Counted from the first letter of the whole stretch, positions 13,511 through 26,899 are shown. The stretch is 63,808 nucleotides of DNA, filler included, from Welwitschia mirabilis (GCA_051453625.1; 5 parts of one record of this genome joined end to end with filler, not necessarily neighbours in it); one strand, 5' to 3'. The notes: generated by a model from the letters alone, not told the origin. Made by a program: numbers and translations.

Positions 13511-14696
13511 GACCCAATCTCATTTGAATAATAGAGTTTAGTTAAAGGGTTTAAACCTTTCATTGTAATATAAGTTTGAACCCTAGTTGATCTACTTCTC
13601 ACAGTGGGTAACCAATCATCTTTCAATTTCTTACTGTTAAACTTTTCCCTTCACTGGGTCGACCAACCATACCATTGGGTTGATCAGTTTTAATTCCATT
13701 TTGATTGTTAAAACCTCATCTTGTAGGGTTTACTGCCCATTTAGTTAGGGTCAACTTCCACCTTACCTTTCTAGTTTTAAAAATTTTACACAGGTTGACT
13801 GATCGTATCGATAAGTTGCCCTCATTTAAGGCAATGCATCCTGAATTTTTAAAATATGCATTTTCTTTCCNNNNNNNNNNNNNNNNNNNNNNNNNNNNNN
13901 NNNNNNNNNNNNNNNNNNNNNNNNNNNNNNNNNNNNNNNNNNNNNNNNNNNNNNNNNNNNNNNNNNNNNNNNNNNNNNNNNNNNNNNNNNNNNNNNNNNN
14001 NNNNNNNNNNNNNNNNNNNNNNNNNNNNNNNNNNNNNNNNNNNNNNNNNNNNNNNNNNNNNNNNNNNNNNNNNNNNNNNNNNNNNNNNNNNNNNNNNNNN
14101 NNNNNNNNNNNNNNNNNNNNNNNNNNNNNNNNNNNNNNNNNNNNNNNNNNNNNNNNNNNNNNNNNNNNNNNNNNNNNNNNNNNNNNNNNNNNNNNNNNNN
14201 NNNNNNNNNNNNNNNNNNNNNNNNNNNNNNNNNNNNNNNNNNNNNNNNNNNNNNNNNNNNNNNNNNNNNNNNNNNNNNNNNNNNNNNNNNNNNNNNNNNN
14301 NNNNNNNNNNNNNNNNNNNNNNNNNNNNNNNNNNNNNNNNNNNNNNNNNNNNNNNNNNNNNNNNNNNNNNNNNNNNNNNNNNNNNNNNNNNNNNNNNNNN
14401 NNNNNNNNNNNNNNNNNNNNNNNNNNNNNNNNNNNNNNNNNNNNNNNNNNNNNNNNNNNNNNNNNNNNNNNNNNNNNNNNNNNNNNNNNNNNNNNNNNNN
14501 NNGTTTTAAAAATTTTACACAGGTTGACTGATCTTATCGATTAGTTGCCCTCATTTAAGGCAATGCATCATGAATTTTTAAAATATGCCTTTTCTTTCCT
14601 CCACTCATTTTCATACTCATCTTCTATCATTTTCTCATTTTTTGTGGGATATTTCTTTAACTTTTTATATGTTTTTCTCTTATATTTAGGCTTAAA

Positions 14697-15591
14697 ATGA
14701 CTTCTTAGCAGCCAAGACAGGGATCCAAAAAGAGAAGAAAGGAGGTTACTATCAAATCACCAAGTTATGTTTTCTTAAGGATGAACACTAAGCAACCTAG
14801 ATATTTTGAGAAGCATTTTGAAATTAGCCCCATAGCTTTGGAAAGAAGCATTTTGAGATCTAAACTTTATTAGAAGAGGTCAACTAAGGTTATTTTCTTC
14901 ATGTGTTTGGCACCTGCTACCCTTTAGTGATCAGGTTATTTTATTCTAACACTATATTTGATGCTTCTCAATCTACTTTCATTACTTTAGTTTTTGGCCA
15001 TAATGCTTACCTCATAGCTTCCCTCACTGAGTACCTTAAGGAAACTAGGGGGAATACTGATCCATGGCAAAGTTCTTTGAAGAAAAGGACATTACCGTTC
15101 AACATATTTATGACACACATGTTACTTAGTAGAAGACTCTTAAAGCTTCCCAGCTTCTCCCAACATTTCGTTCTTTGAATATTATGATGTCTTACAACTT
15201 CTTGCCAGTTATTGGGCACAGAGATAAGCTCTCTAACTATAGGGTCTTCGTTCTTTACTCGCTAGATAGGAGATAAAATATTGATGCTCCTGGTATCATG
15301 ATTAAGCACATGGCTAACCAGCTTCAGCCTTACAAGAGGCGTGCCCTGCCATATTCCTTTCTCATCACACAGATATATCATTACTTCGACATTCCACATC
15401 TATCTTGGCAAGAGATTTAGAAGCCCATGAGACCTATTGNNNNNNNNNNCTCTCAAACTCCAGAGATCCTTCATCTTCTGCACCGTATCAACTCACGGAC
15501 TCATCATATCAAAGAAAATCTCATCACCAGTGGTACTCTAGTGGATGACACCTATCAAATTGAGGGTGTAGTATCCTTTGAGTTAGATTAA
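14697..15591 (+). pseudogene. Degenerate env-like / extra 3' ORF of complex B
   Basis: GTCYPLVIRLFYSN motif and later ALPYSFLITQI. Downstream of RNase H and upstream of several PPT-like tracts (15655-16185). Confidence 0.65.
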
Positions 15592-16185
15592 GTCTTTGTA
15601 TCTTTTTCTTGTTTTCTAGTATTTTTTAATACTCCTTGTCATTTATTTCATCAAAAAGAGGGAGGACAATTTGTACTTATNNNNNNNNNNNNNNNNNNNN
15701 NNNNNNNNNNNNNNNNNNNNNNNNNNNNNNNNNNNNNNNNNNNNNNNNNNNNNNNNNNNNNNNNNNNNNNNNNNNNNNNNATGTTGTCAATTTTTATGTG
15801 TTATAAAAAATGTACTTCTCATATCATAATCCAACTTTTTTTATTAATAAAAGGTCTTTTTTCATTATAAAAATATCTTTGATATTTACTATAATTTTTC
15901 ATGCAAAATTCATATAAATTTAATTAATGACAAAGTTAATTGAGTTAGGGGAAGATCCATATGTTAAATTATTATTTTTCCTCAATCAATGACAAAGGGG
16001 AAGTTTGTTTAGNNNNNNNNNNNNNNNNNNNNNNNNNNNNNNNNNNNNNNNNNNNNNNNNNNNNNNNNNNNNNNNNNNNNNNNNNNNNNNNNNNNNNNNN
16101 NNNNNNNNNNNNAGTTAAATGAGTTAGGGGAAGGATCCATATGTTAAATTATTATTTTTCCTCAATCAATGACAAAGGGAAAGTT

Positions 16186-17476
16186 TGTTTAGAACCTGTT
16201 ATCATTAATTAATTTAATGAGTTTTCGTAATTAGTCAATTGTGCAAATATTTTTTGGATCCAATGGCTGATTCTTATAACTGGGCAATTGACCTATTAAT
16301 AATTGTAAAACTGCTTCAGATTCAGATGACTGAACCTATCATACTAGGTAATCGAAATAATACATCAAGAAGAAGATCAGTTGCAGAATGGGTGACCAAG
16401 TGTATCCTAATAGATGACCATAATGATACATCAGGAAGAAGACTAGTTCCAACATGGGCGACCATGAAAATATAGTCAAGCGACCCAGTTAGCACCTTTA
16501 TGAAAAACTGGGACATAAGCAAGTGACCATGCAAAAATATAAGGGTGACCACATTACAATTTGTTGAGTTCAGTCTCATGATAGTACGGGTGACTGATCA
16601 GTTATAAATAATTGATTACATGATATTCTATGAAAGCCCAAGATTCATAATAGAAAGGGTAACCAATCAAATTTATTATCAACGATCACATATTACCTAG
16701 AATCTATTCTCACAAGATCAACCAAGTCATCAAAATAAGGGTGACCGAATGATAGTCAATCACATACTTTCATAAGGGTGACCGAACATTCATCTATTCT
16801 ATACTGAGAAATCTGTGATAAACAAGAACGAATGAAGATAAGAAAGAAGGACCACTAGATACTAGGTTAATCAAGTTTATCTCTAGATTGATCGTACATA
16901 ATGCAAATGTAACCATTGCATTTTTAATAGTTCATCAAAAAGTGCAAAATGTCACAATGGTTCACTTCTTTTCTCTCAAATGACTACCTTATGTACTTCA
17001 TCTATTTAAGCTTTTCTCTAATTAAATAGAGGTAGATCTCTTTTTGTCACACTAATGAATAGAAAAAGAACAACAATTATACCATTCTATTATTGTATCT
17101 GAAAAAACTATAAATTTAAATTTATATTTGAAGCTATCATTACATCTTCTATGAAGAAGAGATTGTTGCACCATTAAAAGAAAATATATGCATCAGTGCA
17201 TCCATCCTACTTCCTTTTTTTGTCATTGAGGATCAGCCTTAAAATCCTCTGATATTGGAATAGATTTTTAGTAAGCCTGAAAACTAATCTTAGGAGTTAA
17301 TATATGCCAGCTAGAGATAGGACGTCTAAGGGGCTGAAGGGTGATGTCTATCCATCATTAAAATATCTTGCACCTTTGTGTTGTACATTTGTTTATTTTA
17401 TTTATAAGTTTTGAAGAGTATGGGAATTGTTTTTAAGACCTATTCATCCCCCTCTAGGGTTGATCTATTATTTTTA
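16186..17476 (+). repeat. LTR B3 (3' LTR)
   Basis: Preceded by PPT GACAAAGGGAAAGTT. Ends CTATTCATCCCCCTCTAGG...TTTTTA (SIRE-type terminus), followed by CTACT. Confidence 0.9.
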
Positions 17477-17481
17477 CTACT

Positions 17482-18650
17482 CTATACACATTATCCACTT
17501 GTTTTGTAGAAAACATAAAAATATTTATTTTCTCATATATAACTTCACATTTTGATTTTGCAAAAATTACTTTGTGACATTTTTTATATAATTAACTTAC
17601 AATCAATAAATTATGTTTCAATCCATTTATATAAATCACATGATCAAGTTTAGGCAACTTACCTTCCTTGATACATTCTGTACCTTCTATCTTTGTCTTT
17701 TTATTATTTTTAAAATGAATTCTCCTTCATTTGTATTCTTCAAGTACTGAAGGCTCAATCCTGATCTTGACATATGTCTTGAGCAACCACTATCTAGATA
17801 CGAACTATTTATACATGATCTTTGATGAGCTATCTATATTAGAAAACTTTGAAGATCATTAGCTCTAATCCATTTAGTCTTATAAGACTTAGGTGGTACC
17901 CTTTTCTTAGGAACAAATTTAAAAGGTAAAGTATTTGCAGTTTAAAAAAAAGAATTAATTTTCTAATTCTACAAAAAAGCTTTGGATGACCAAATTTGCC
18001 ACAAAAATTACAAGAAAGATTAGAAGCATCCTTACTCTTCTAGTTTACCTGTTCTTGAGATTTTTAAGAACTAAAGGTGATACCTGATATCTCTCCCATA
18101 GATTTTATACTCCAAGCATCTATTCTAATTTAGAAGAGCTACCAGATAATTTATTAATAAAAAAAGAAAGATATTTTACTTGATAAATTTAGTTGATGCN
18201 NNNNNNNNNNNNNNNNNNNNNNNNNNNNNNNNNNNNNNNNNNNTTAATTAATTAANNNNNNNNNNNNNNNNNNNNNNNNNNNNNNNNNNNNNNNNNNNNA
18301 ATATCAGTAAGTCTAGCAAAAAATTCCTACAATGTTTCTTCTTCATTTATATGAAGATCTTCAAACTTTGAAATAAGTATTTGGAGTTTTGCTTGTTTTA
18401 CAGTTGATGTTCCTTCATGTACTACTTCAAGAATGTCTCAAGCTTTATTAGCACGGTTACAGTTTACTATGAGTTTGAATTCATATGCACATACTACAAC
18501 ACAGGCATCTATGGTGGCTTTTGACTTGTCAGTGATGGTCCATTGGTCTCAGGCTTTGGGAACAAGGGTAGTGTTTCCATTTACATCAGTTTGGGTTAAC
18601 ATAAGCATAGTGTAACCTTTATAGATGACTTCCTCTATGTGCTTTATAGA
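17482..18650 (-). pseudogene. Copia gag-protease remnant of element A
   Basis: Minus-strand translation: gag DILEVVHEGTSTVKQAKLQILISKFEDL (~18355-18440), Zn knuckle CNFCGKFGH (~17985-18012), protease YLDSGCSRHMS (~17768-17800). Confidence 0.9.
18200..18299. other. Artificial assembly spacer 44N-TTAATTAATTAA-44N (also at ~32146, ~47619 and ~61065)
   Basis: The same 100-nt construct occurs four times. The 12-mer encodes stops in all six frames. Confidence 0.95.
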
Positions 18651-19938
18651 TGCTAAGATACAATAGTAAAAGTCATAAGATTACAATGCTTGATCCTTCA
18701 GGTCTAATAGATTTACCCAAATAAAGATAGTTTCAAAAGATTCTTTGATCATCTATGTCTTTGTTATTTATTTTCAAAAGATTCTTTAATCATCTATGTC
18801 TTAGTTATTTATATTAGAAGGATTTTAGGGTTTATTATATTTGAAATGTACTTTCAATGGCTATAAATGACTAGAGAACAGCTACCCAATGGCTACATAA
18901 TAAATACATAATAATTAGNNNNNNNNNNNNNNNNNNNNNNNNNNNNNNNNNNNNNNNNNNNNNNNNNNNNNNNNNNNNNNNNNNNNNNNNNNNNNNNNNN
19001 NNNNNNNNNNNNNNNNNNNNNNNNNNNNNNNNNNNNNNNNNNNNNNNNNNNNNNNNNNNNNNNNNNNNNNNNNNNNNNNNNNNNNNNNNNNNNNNNNNNN
19101 NNNNNNNNNNNNNNNNNNNNNNNNNNNNNNNNNNNNNNNNNNNNNNNNNNNNNNNNNNNNNNNNNNNNNNNNNNNNNNNNNNNNNNNNNNNNNNNNNNNN
19201 NNNNNNNNNNNNNNNNNNNNNNNNNNNNNNNNNNNNNNNNNNNNNNNNNNNNNNNNNNNNNNNNNNNNNNNNNNNNNNNNNNNNNNNNNNNNNNNNNNNN
19301 NNNNNNNNNNNNNNNNNNNNNNNNNNNNNNNNNNNNNNNNNNNNNNNNNNNNNNNNNNNNNNNNNNNNNNNNNNNNNNNNNNNNNNNNNNNNNNNNNNNN
19401 NNNNNNNNNNNNNNNNNNNNNNNNNNNNNNNNNNNNNNNNNNNNNNNNNNNNNNNNNNNNNNNNNNNNNNNNNNNNNNNNNNNNNNNNNNNNNNNNNNNN
19501 NNNNNNNNNNNNNNNNNNNNNNNNNNNNNNNNNNNNNNNNNNNNNNNNNNNNNNNNNNNNNNNNNNNNNNNNNNNNNNNNNNNNNNNNNNNNNNNNNNNN
19601 NNNNNNNNNNNNNNNNNNNNNNNNNNNNNNNNNNNNNNNNNNNNNNNNNNNNNNNNNNNNNNNNNNNNNNNNNNNNNNNNNNNNNNNNNNNNNNNNNNNN
19701 NNNNNNNNNNNNNNNNNNNNNNNNNNNNNNNNNNNNNNNNNNNNNNNNNNNNNNNNNNNNNNNNNNNNNNNNNNNNNNNNNNNNNNNNNNNNNNNNNNNN
19801 NNNNNNNNNNNNNNNNNNNNNNNCAAGTCTGGATGACCCCTTTAGGTGTCTGGTCAACCCCATAAGGATCGACTCAGGCGTACTAGCTACATAGTGCTCA
19901 GGTAAAGTCAACCCCATCATAGGTCTAGTCAACCCCTT

Positions 19939-21506
19939 TGATAGGATTAAGAACCCTTAGGGGAAGTGAATAGGTTCTTTACAAATTCTAAATAATATTT
20001 TAAATGAAATCAAACTGAAACACAAACTTGCATACAAAAATTGAACTAACCTAGAATGTGTATAGTAAGAGAAAATAATAAAAGTAAAGAACCAAAAACT
20101 TAAAGCATAAAAATACTAGTTTAATACACACTAGATTTAGAGTGGTTTAGGAAACCTCCTACTCCACTCTCGATGATTAACTTATACTCAAGCTAGATCT
20201 TGGATCTTTGTTACTCCACCAGGTATTCTAGGTTTACCTGTAACCTTACAAATAGACTTTTCCAGGATAAGTTTCAATCTTTAGAATAGACAGACTTTTC
20301 AAGGCTTAGTCTTAACCTTTAGAACGAACTTTTTAAGGCTTAGTATTAACCTTTAGAACAAACTTTTCAAGGCTCAGTATCAACCTTTTACAAAGCAAGG
20401 TAGTGATGAATTGATGCCTCAAAAGCACAGGTATCACTCATTCTGAAGTCATTACATTTGATGGAAATATCCTCCTATAGTAGTAAAATAATTAAAGCTC
20501 TACTTTCGAACTTAAAGTGTAGAATGTATACAAATAAGAGATCTCCTTTAGTCAGATACAATAATGCTAAGATACAACAGTAATGATCATATAAATCTAA
20601 TGCGTAATCCTTCAGATTTAATAGATTTAATCAAATAAGTATTGTTTCAAAAGATTCTATTATCATCTATAGCTCATCTATTTATATTGGAAGGCTTTTA
20701 GGGTTTATTACATTTGAAATGCATCTCCAACAGCTATAAATGGCTAGAAAATGGCTACCTAACAACTACATAATAAATACATAATGTTTAGAAAAATTTC
20801 ATTTCTACTCTATCCAGTCGACCTCACAAAAATCTGGTTGAATCCATGTGGTGCTGTAATTTACATAGATCACCTAGAGAGAAATTGGGTCACCCAAATT
20901 TCCTATGGCTTCCTATGTGGTTAATCTCATATGGGCCTAGTCAACCCTAGTCCAGTCACCCACAATTCATCCAGTCACCTGCTCCTCTAATAAAGAACTT
21001 TTTAGTTTCTTGCATTGAGTCTAGTCAACCCCTTCAAGTGTTCAGTCAACCCCATGATAATTGGTTTAAGCGTACTAGCTGCACAGTGCTCAGATCCGAT
21101 TGATTCCATCATAGGTCTAATTGATCCCTTATCATTTAGTCTAGGGATACTATCTATCAGGTCCTCAAATCTGATTAACACCATTTAAGTCTAGTCAACT
21201 CCTTTCCATTCAATTTAGAGACATTAGTTCTTGAGGTCATAGATCCAGTCGACCCTATTAAAATCTGGTCAACCCCTCTAGATGTAGTTCACTTTTCTGT
21301 CTACTTCAAGTGTAGTCGATCCCTTGAAAATTTGGTCAATTCCATCTTAAGGATAAATGAACTAATAAGTTTTTAATCTTATAATTTAATCATTTTAGTT
21401 TTATATTTTGACCTGCAAATAACTTAACATCTTCTGCACAAAATACACAAAATTTGCTATACAGAAAACATTAGTTTGACATCAATTGACAAAACATAAT
21501 CTAACA
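19939..21506 (-). mobile_element. Solo LTR of the element A family, TSD CCCTT
   Basis: TG...CA termini. CCCTT at 19934-19938 and 21507-21511. No PBS or PPT on the flanks. Confidence 0.9.
20255..20390. repeat. ~30-bp tandem repeat inside the solo LTR
   Basis: About four degenerate copies of ACTTTTCAAGGCTTAGTxTTAACCTTTAGAAC. Confidence 0.8.
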
Positions 21507-23013
21507 CCCTTGACAATTAGTTCAGGAGTACTGTTCCTTGGCTCATAGATCCGGTCGACCCCATCATAAGTCTGGTTGATCCCTTATTATTTAGTCTAGA
21601 AATACTATTTATCAAGTTCTCAAATCTAGTTGACCTCATAAAGGTCTAATCAACCCTTTTCCATTCAGTTTAGGGACATTGGTTCTCGAGGTTATAGGTC
21701 CTGTTAGCCCCATAAAAAATTTATTCGACCCCTCTAAATGCAGTATAGCGGTCAATCCCTTGAAAATCTAGTTGACCCTTCAAGAGGATAAAAATAACTA
21801 ATAGGTTTCTAGTGCTAAAAAATTAATGGTCTTGGTTTCATCTTTTGACCTACAAGTAGTTAACATTTTCTGCACAAGATACATAAAATTTGCTATACAA
21901 AAAACATTAGTTCGACATCAATTGTTAAAACATAATCTAATAAAAATTACACTACCTCTTACTAACTTGCAAGTTACAAAAATAAATTAAAAAAATAAAA
22001 ATAAGAGGGAGTTCAAATTTTGTTTTTGAAACTTCATTGAAAAAGTGGAAAGCAAGCAAGCTCCAAGTCATTCTATTCGTCCTCCTATGAATCCTTACTC
22101 GACCATATGCAACATTAACCTAAAATAACTTTAAACCATTAAGTATAAAAGCTTAGATCATGGTGATATAATTTCACTCATCATTTAAATATTGGTAAAA
22201 TTAATAGTCACCAATCCTTCATAACTTTGCAGTAAAAATAAAAAGTATAAACTTATAATGCACAAGATCTATCAAACTATAAGGATAAAGATCAATTAAT
22301 TTATTTGAATTTACATGGTTAACTAAAGCAAGTGCATTGCTACTTAAGTATCCCTAGTACAAAATAAATTTAAACTAACAAACAAAAGAAAACAACTCTT
22401 TAGTATTAAATTAAAAAAATGTACATTACATTAGATAGAAATCAACTAGAAAGAATTCCTTAAGATTCTTAAAAGAAGCTCACTACCCAACGAAGTACTT
22501 AGAAGACCATTACACCTTAACACTTCACAGGTTTTATGCTTTTGCCAAATGAAGGATGAATACGAAAGACTCAAAGCCTTTTTATAGGTAATCATAAGGG
22601 TAAGGGATGATTACAAGCTCCTGTCTTATATCATTAGATGAATAGTTACATAATCATAACATTAGTGGGATGGTTTGTTATTTCTTTCATTTGGTAGAAA
22701 TTACAATGATGATGCTAACACTTGGTTCATGGATGCTAAAACTACTAATAATCACTATTATTACCATGTGTTTCCATCATTATCTTACTTAGTCCTACTA
22801 AATATCATCACTATGAGTCTTCATCATTACTACCATGTATTACTGAGAATGGAGGACATTTTCAAGATAAAATATGATTAAGACCATAACTCCAATTGAT
22901 TGAATTATTCATGACATTTTAAGAACATGAAAATAAAAGTGATCTCCTCTTATAAATTAATGGTGCTAGTAGATTTAATAGATGGCATTGATGTTTTGTT
23001 ATGGAAGTTATTG

Positions 23014-24113
23014 CAATGCATATTTATGCTTCTAATTCCAATATTGTAAAGATCAAATTTAACTTGCAACATCTAAAAAGCTAATAATTTGATTACACAA
23101 AATACAAATTTATATAGTAGGATCAACCTGAATGTCATACACTTAGAGAAGACTTCTAAAAGGGAATATGAAAAATTATTTTTATAAAGAGAAGAATAAC
23201 ATATTTTGAAAATTTACTTTATAGGAAATAAAATTAAACAATGCAAAGATGAAGATTTAATGCAATTTAATGAAACGAAATAAAATGCAATGTAATGAAT
23301 GTAATTCTAATGTAATGAATTAATTAAACTTCCAATCTACTATCACTTAGATTGGTTCTTATAATCTATTTTTAATTACAAATTCAAGTCACTTATATTG
23401 CAATTAAGATAAGATATAATAAAGAATAATAAAAAAATTAGAAAGATTTTAATTCAATTAATACTTTTATTAATGAAATTGAATTACATCCACTTATGAC
23501 AACAATTCTCAATGGAAGATTCACTACCTAACACCAAGGTGGTCCTTCTCATAAGTAGGATAGATCTTTTTATCACAATCTTCTATCATTACAAGAGTGT
23601 AAATGACAAAAGATGATTTTGAAAAGGGTCTAAAAGGGTCTATTTATAGGTTGGGATAGGTTGCTAAGGGATGTGAAATGAAGAGCTATAAGTTAGATTT
23701 ACCCTTTCATAATAATTTAATTAATTTTACAAATCATTTTAACCATCATCCACCATGTTGTCCTCATGACATGGAGGATTACACTTCATCTACCAATTAA
23801 TGCTCAACACATGTTAAAAATGTTGACAATCATCCTGATCGTCATCTCCATGACATAGTGGATAACATACTTTTCTTTTCTGACTATCATCCCCTTTGTC
23901 ATCCCTACAACATAGAGGACAACCATAATATATTCATCAAATTACTTTGATTCATCATCATTCAAAAATGGCTTCTTGTGTTGGAATTTATTGCATCTTT
24001 TATTTTGTATGAAAGATTTGTATAATTTTCATAAATCCCTAGAAAAATCTGTTAATAGGACCTAAACATGTATTTAATAAGTGTATTAAATAGGTCAAAT
24101 TAGCATCACAACA
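23014..24113 (-). repeat. Athila-like LTR C1 (3' LTR)
   Basis: Colinear with 30147-31241. PPT (CAGCCCATCACCCCCTTAGC on the + strand) immediately to the right. Left edge uncertain by ~2 nt. Confidence 0.9.
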
Positions 24114-26899
24114 CAGCCCATCACCCCCTTAGCATTTATCAGTTCTTGACAAAGTAAGCAAATAATAAGTTGCGAGCCAACTAGCAGAGGCAAAAGGATC
24201 TTTTTGGAAGTCTTGAAAAGAGATCAAAAGAACATATAAGGCAAAGAGATCATAGTGAGAGAGCTATAAATTGACTTCATAAGCTACAATACCTATTATG
24301 GAAACATAGGAAGTGATTAATTACTATATTTTCTTGATAGGAAATACAATCTATGTTACTTTGAAAAAAATCTTATGTTGCTGACGTGTATAATTTGGAA
24401 AAGTTGCATGTCATCTTTTTCTTATTCTTAATACTGATATTAGCTAGAGTTAATACTAAGATAGTGTATCAGTTAGGAACAATTTATGCACATAATCTAG
24501 CTATGTTTTCTTTGCTTTAGTGACTTTTTATTTGCCCATATCTTACAAATTGATGTTTATAAATAGAGTTACTATCAGAACATCTTTTTACCAAGAATAG
24601 TCATTCTTAATAAGGTATGTGTCTTGATTAAATAAGAAAAGTTTTTATTTGAGTTAAAAGTAGAAAGAAAAGTAAACTCTATATAAAAAATAATTATTAA
24701 TTATCAAATTTTATGGGTAGATGTGATAAGTTATATGTATGTTTTTCTAATATTTTATTAATATAATAGTTTCTTTTTAAGCATTTTGTCAAACCTAGTT
24801 AACTATTTTATAGTATTTTTAGTTAAATTTTAGCCATGTCAAAATACAAGAAAATTAATTTTTAAATCCAAAGAAAGATACAAATAATTAAAAGTAAAAG
24901 AAATAAAAATATCAATACAATAATGAAATTCAAACTAAAAATGAATTTTTATTATGTTCAAAGACCTAAAGGATTTATTAAATAGAGGAAATAATCATGT
25001 TGTGCAATAGAAAGATAGATTCAATAAAGTGGCTAATAAGCACTAAATGTAATATGAAAAAATCAAAGAGATTTTTCATGGTGATAATGACTTATTCTCT
25101 TATAGATTCTCTAGGAGTACAAAAAAGTAAAATAGATTCTTTATCTTCAAGGGCACTTATATTACATAATCTATATGTTCACTTTTATTTAGACATGCTA
25201 TTNNNNNNNNNNNNNNNNNNNNNNNNNNNNNNNNNNNNNNNNNNNNNNNNNNNNNNNNNNNNNNNNNNNNNNNNNNNNNNNNNNNNNNNNNNNNNNNNNN
25301 NNNNNNNNNNNNNNNNNNNNNNNNNNNNNNNNNNNNNNNNNNNNNNNNNNNNNNNNNNNNNNNNNNNNNNNNNNNNNNNNNNNNNNNNNNNNNNNNNNNN
25401 NNNNNNNNNNNNNNNNNNNNNNNNNNNNNNNNNNNNNNNNNNNNNNNNNNNNNNNNNNNNNNNNNNNNNNNNNNNNNNNNNNNNNNNNNNNNNNNNNNNN
25501 NNNNNNNNNNNNNNNNNNNNNNNNNNNNNNNNNNNNNNNNNNNNNNNNNNNNNNNNNNNNNNNNNNNNNNNNNNNNNNNNNNNNNNNNNNNNNNNNNNNN
25601 NNNNNNNNNNNNNNNNNNNNNNNNNNNNNNNNNNNNNNNNNNNNNNNNNNNNNNNNNNNNNNNNNNNNNNNNNNNNNNNNNNNNNNNNNNNNNNNNNNNN
25701 NNNNNNNNNNNNNNNNNNNNNNNNNNNNNNNNNNNNNNNNNNNNNNNNNNNNNNNNNNNNNNNNNNNNNNNNNNNNNNNNNNNNNNNNNNNNNNNNNNNN
25801 NNNNNNNNNNNNNNNNNNNNNNNNNNNNNNNNNNNNNNNNNNNNNNNNNNNNNNNNNNNNNNNNNTGAGATAGCAAACTAGTAAATCAAACTAATTATTT
25901 TATTATAAAATAATCAAGTAGATTGATTGTAGATATTGAAATATCTTAATATTAGCTAAATCCAATCTTTATCACATGAAAACCAAAGTAAAGAATTAGT
26001 TAATCATAATAACACCTATGGAAGTCAAACATAAATCAAGTCAAAGATGATCAAGTAGTTTCACAACTTAAACCAAGGAATAAAGATAAGAAAGAATCTA
26101 GTAAATGGCCAAGGGAAGNNNNNNNNNNNNNNNNNNNNNNNNNNNNNNNNNNNNNNNNNNNNNNNNNNNNNNNNNNNNNNNNNNNNNNNNNNNNNNNNNN
26201 NNNNNNNNNNNNNNNNNNNNNNNNNNNNNNNNNNNNNNNNNNNNNNNNNNNNNNNNNNNNNNNNNNNNNNNNNNNNNNNNNNNNNNNNNNNNNNNNNNNN
26301 NNNNNNNNNNNNNNNNNNNNNNNNNNNNNNNNNNNNNNNNNNNNNNNNNNNNNNNNNNNNNNNNNNNNNNNNNNNNNNNNNNNNNNNNNNNNNNNNNNNN
26401 NNNNNNNNNNNNNNNNNNNNNNNNNNNNNNNNNNNNNNNNNNNNNNNNNNNNNNNNNNNNNNNNNNNNNNNNNNNNNNNNNNNNNNNNNNNNNNNNNNNN
26501 NNNNNNNNNNNNNNNNNNNNNNNNNNNNNNNNNNNNNNNNNNNNNNNNNNNNNNNNNNNNNNNNNNNNNNNNNNNNNNNNNNNNNNNNNNNNNNNNNNNN
26601 NNNNNNNNNNNNNNNNNNNNNNNNNNNNNNNNNNNNNNNNNNNNNNNNNNNNNNNNNNNNNNNNNNNNNNNNNNNNNNNNNNNNNNNNNNNNNNNNNNNN
26701 NNNNNNNNNNNNNNNNNNNNNNNNNNNNNNNNNCCTCATCCTCTAACAAGGGAGAGTTATGTAATAAAAGGAGCCTTCCTTCTAAAGGATGATGTTGAAC
26801 TAACATGGATGACCTAATTTTTTCTTCTATGTTTAATTCTTCTTCCATGTCATTTTTAGTGGTATCAAATACTTTGATATTAAAATTTTTGTTGCTTAT

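Larger units (their letters stand above)
3067..17476 (+). mobile_element. Nested SIRE-like Copia complex B with three LTRs, TSD CTACT
   Basis: CTACT at 3062-3066 and 17477-17481. Homologous LTRs start at 3067, 7349 and 16186. gag-pol and an env-like ORF lie between the second and third LTRs. Confidence 0.8.
1..21942 (-). mobile_element. SIRE/Sirevirus-like Ty1/Copia element A (host element, apparently lacking IN/RT/RH), interrupted by nested insertions
   Basis: Homologous LTRs at 1-870 and 18650-21942. gag-PR at 17482-18650 and env-like ORF at 1527-2532. The reading frame is restored across the CTACT-flanked insertion. An assembly spacer lies at 18200-18299. Confidence 0.75.
18650..21942 (-). 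repeat. 5' LTR of element A, truncated on its internal side and split by a solo LTR
   Basis: 18650-18918, 19824-19938 and 21512-21942 are colinear with the family LTR. The right end is CATAATCTAATA, versus CATAATCTAACA in the solo copy. Confidence 0.75.

Noticed and set aside
13775-14600. Direct repeats flanking gaps (also 15935/16113, 27775/28215, 54853/55143, 55310/55489, 60560/60770)
   Set aside because: Near-identical sequence on both sides of N runs indicates unmerged contig overlaps or haplotypes, not true duplications.
18244-18255. Palindromic TTAATTAATTAA recurring four times
   Set aside because: Always centred in 44N+44N, so it is an artificial six-frame-stop scaffold linker and not biology.
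21943-23010. Possible further LTR remnant or host sequence
   Set aside because: TE-like texture, but no partner repeat, termini or motif that I could support.
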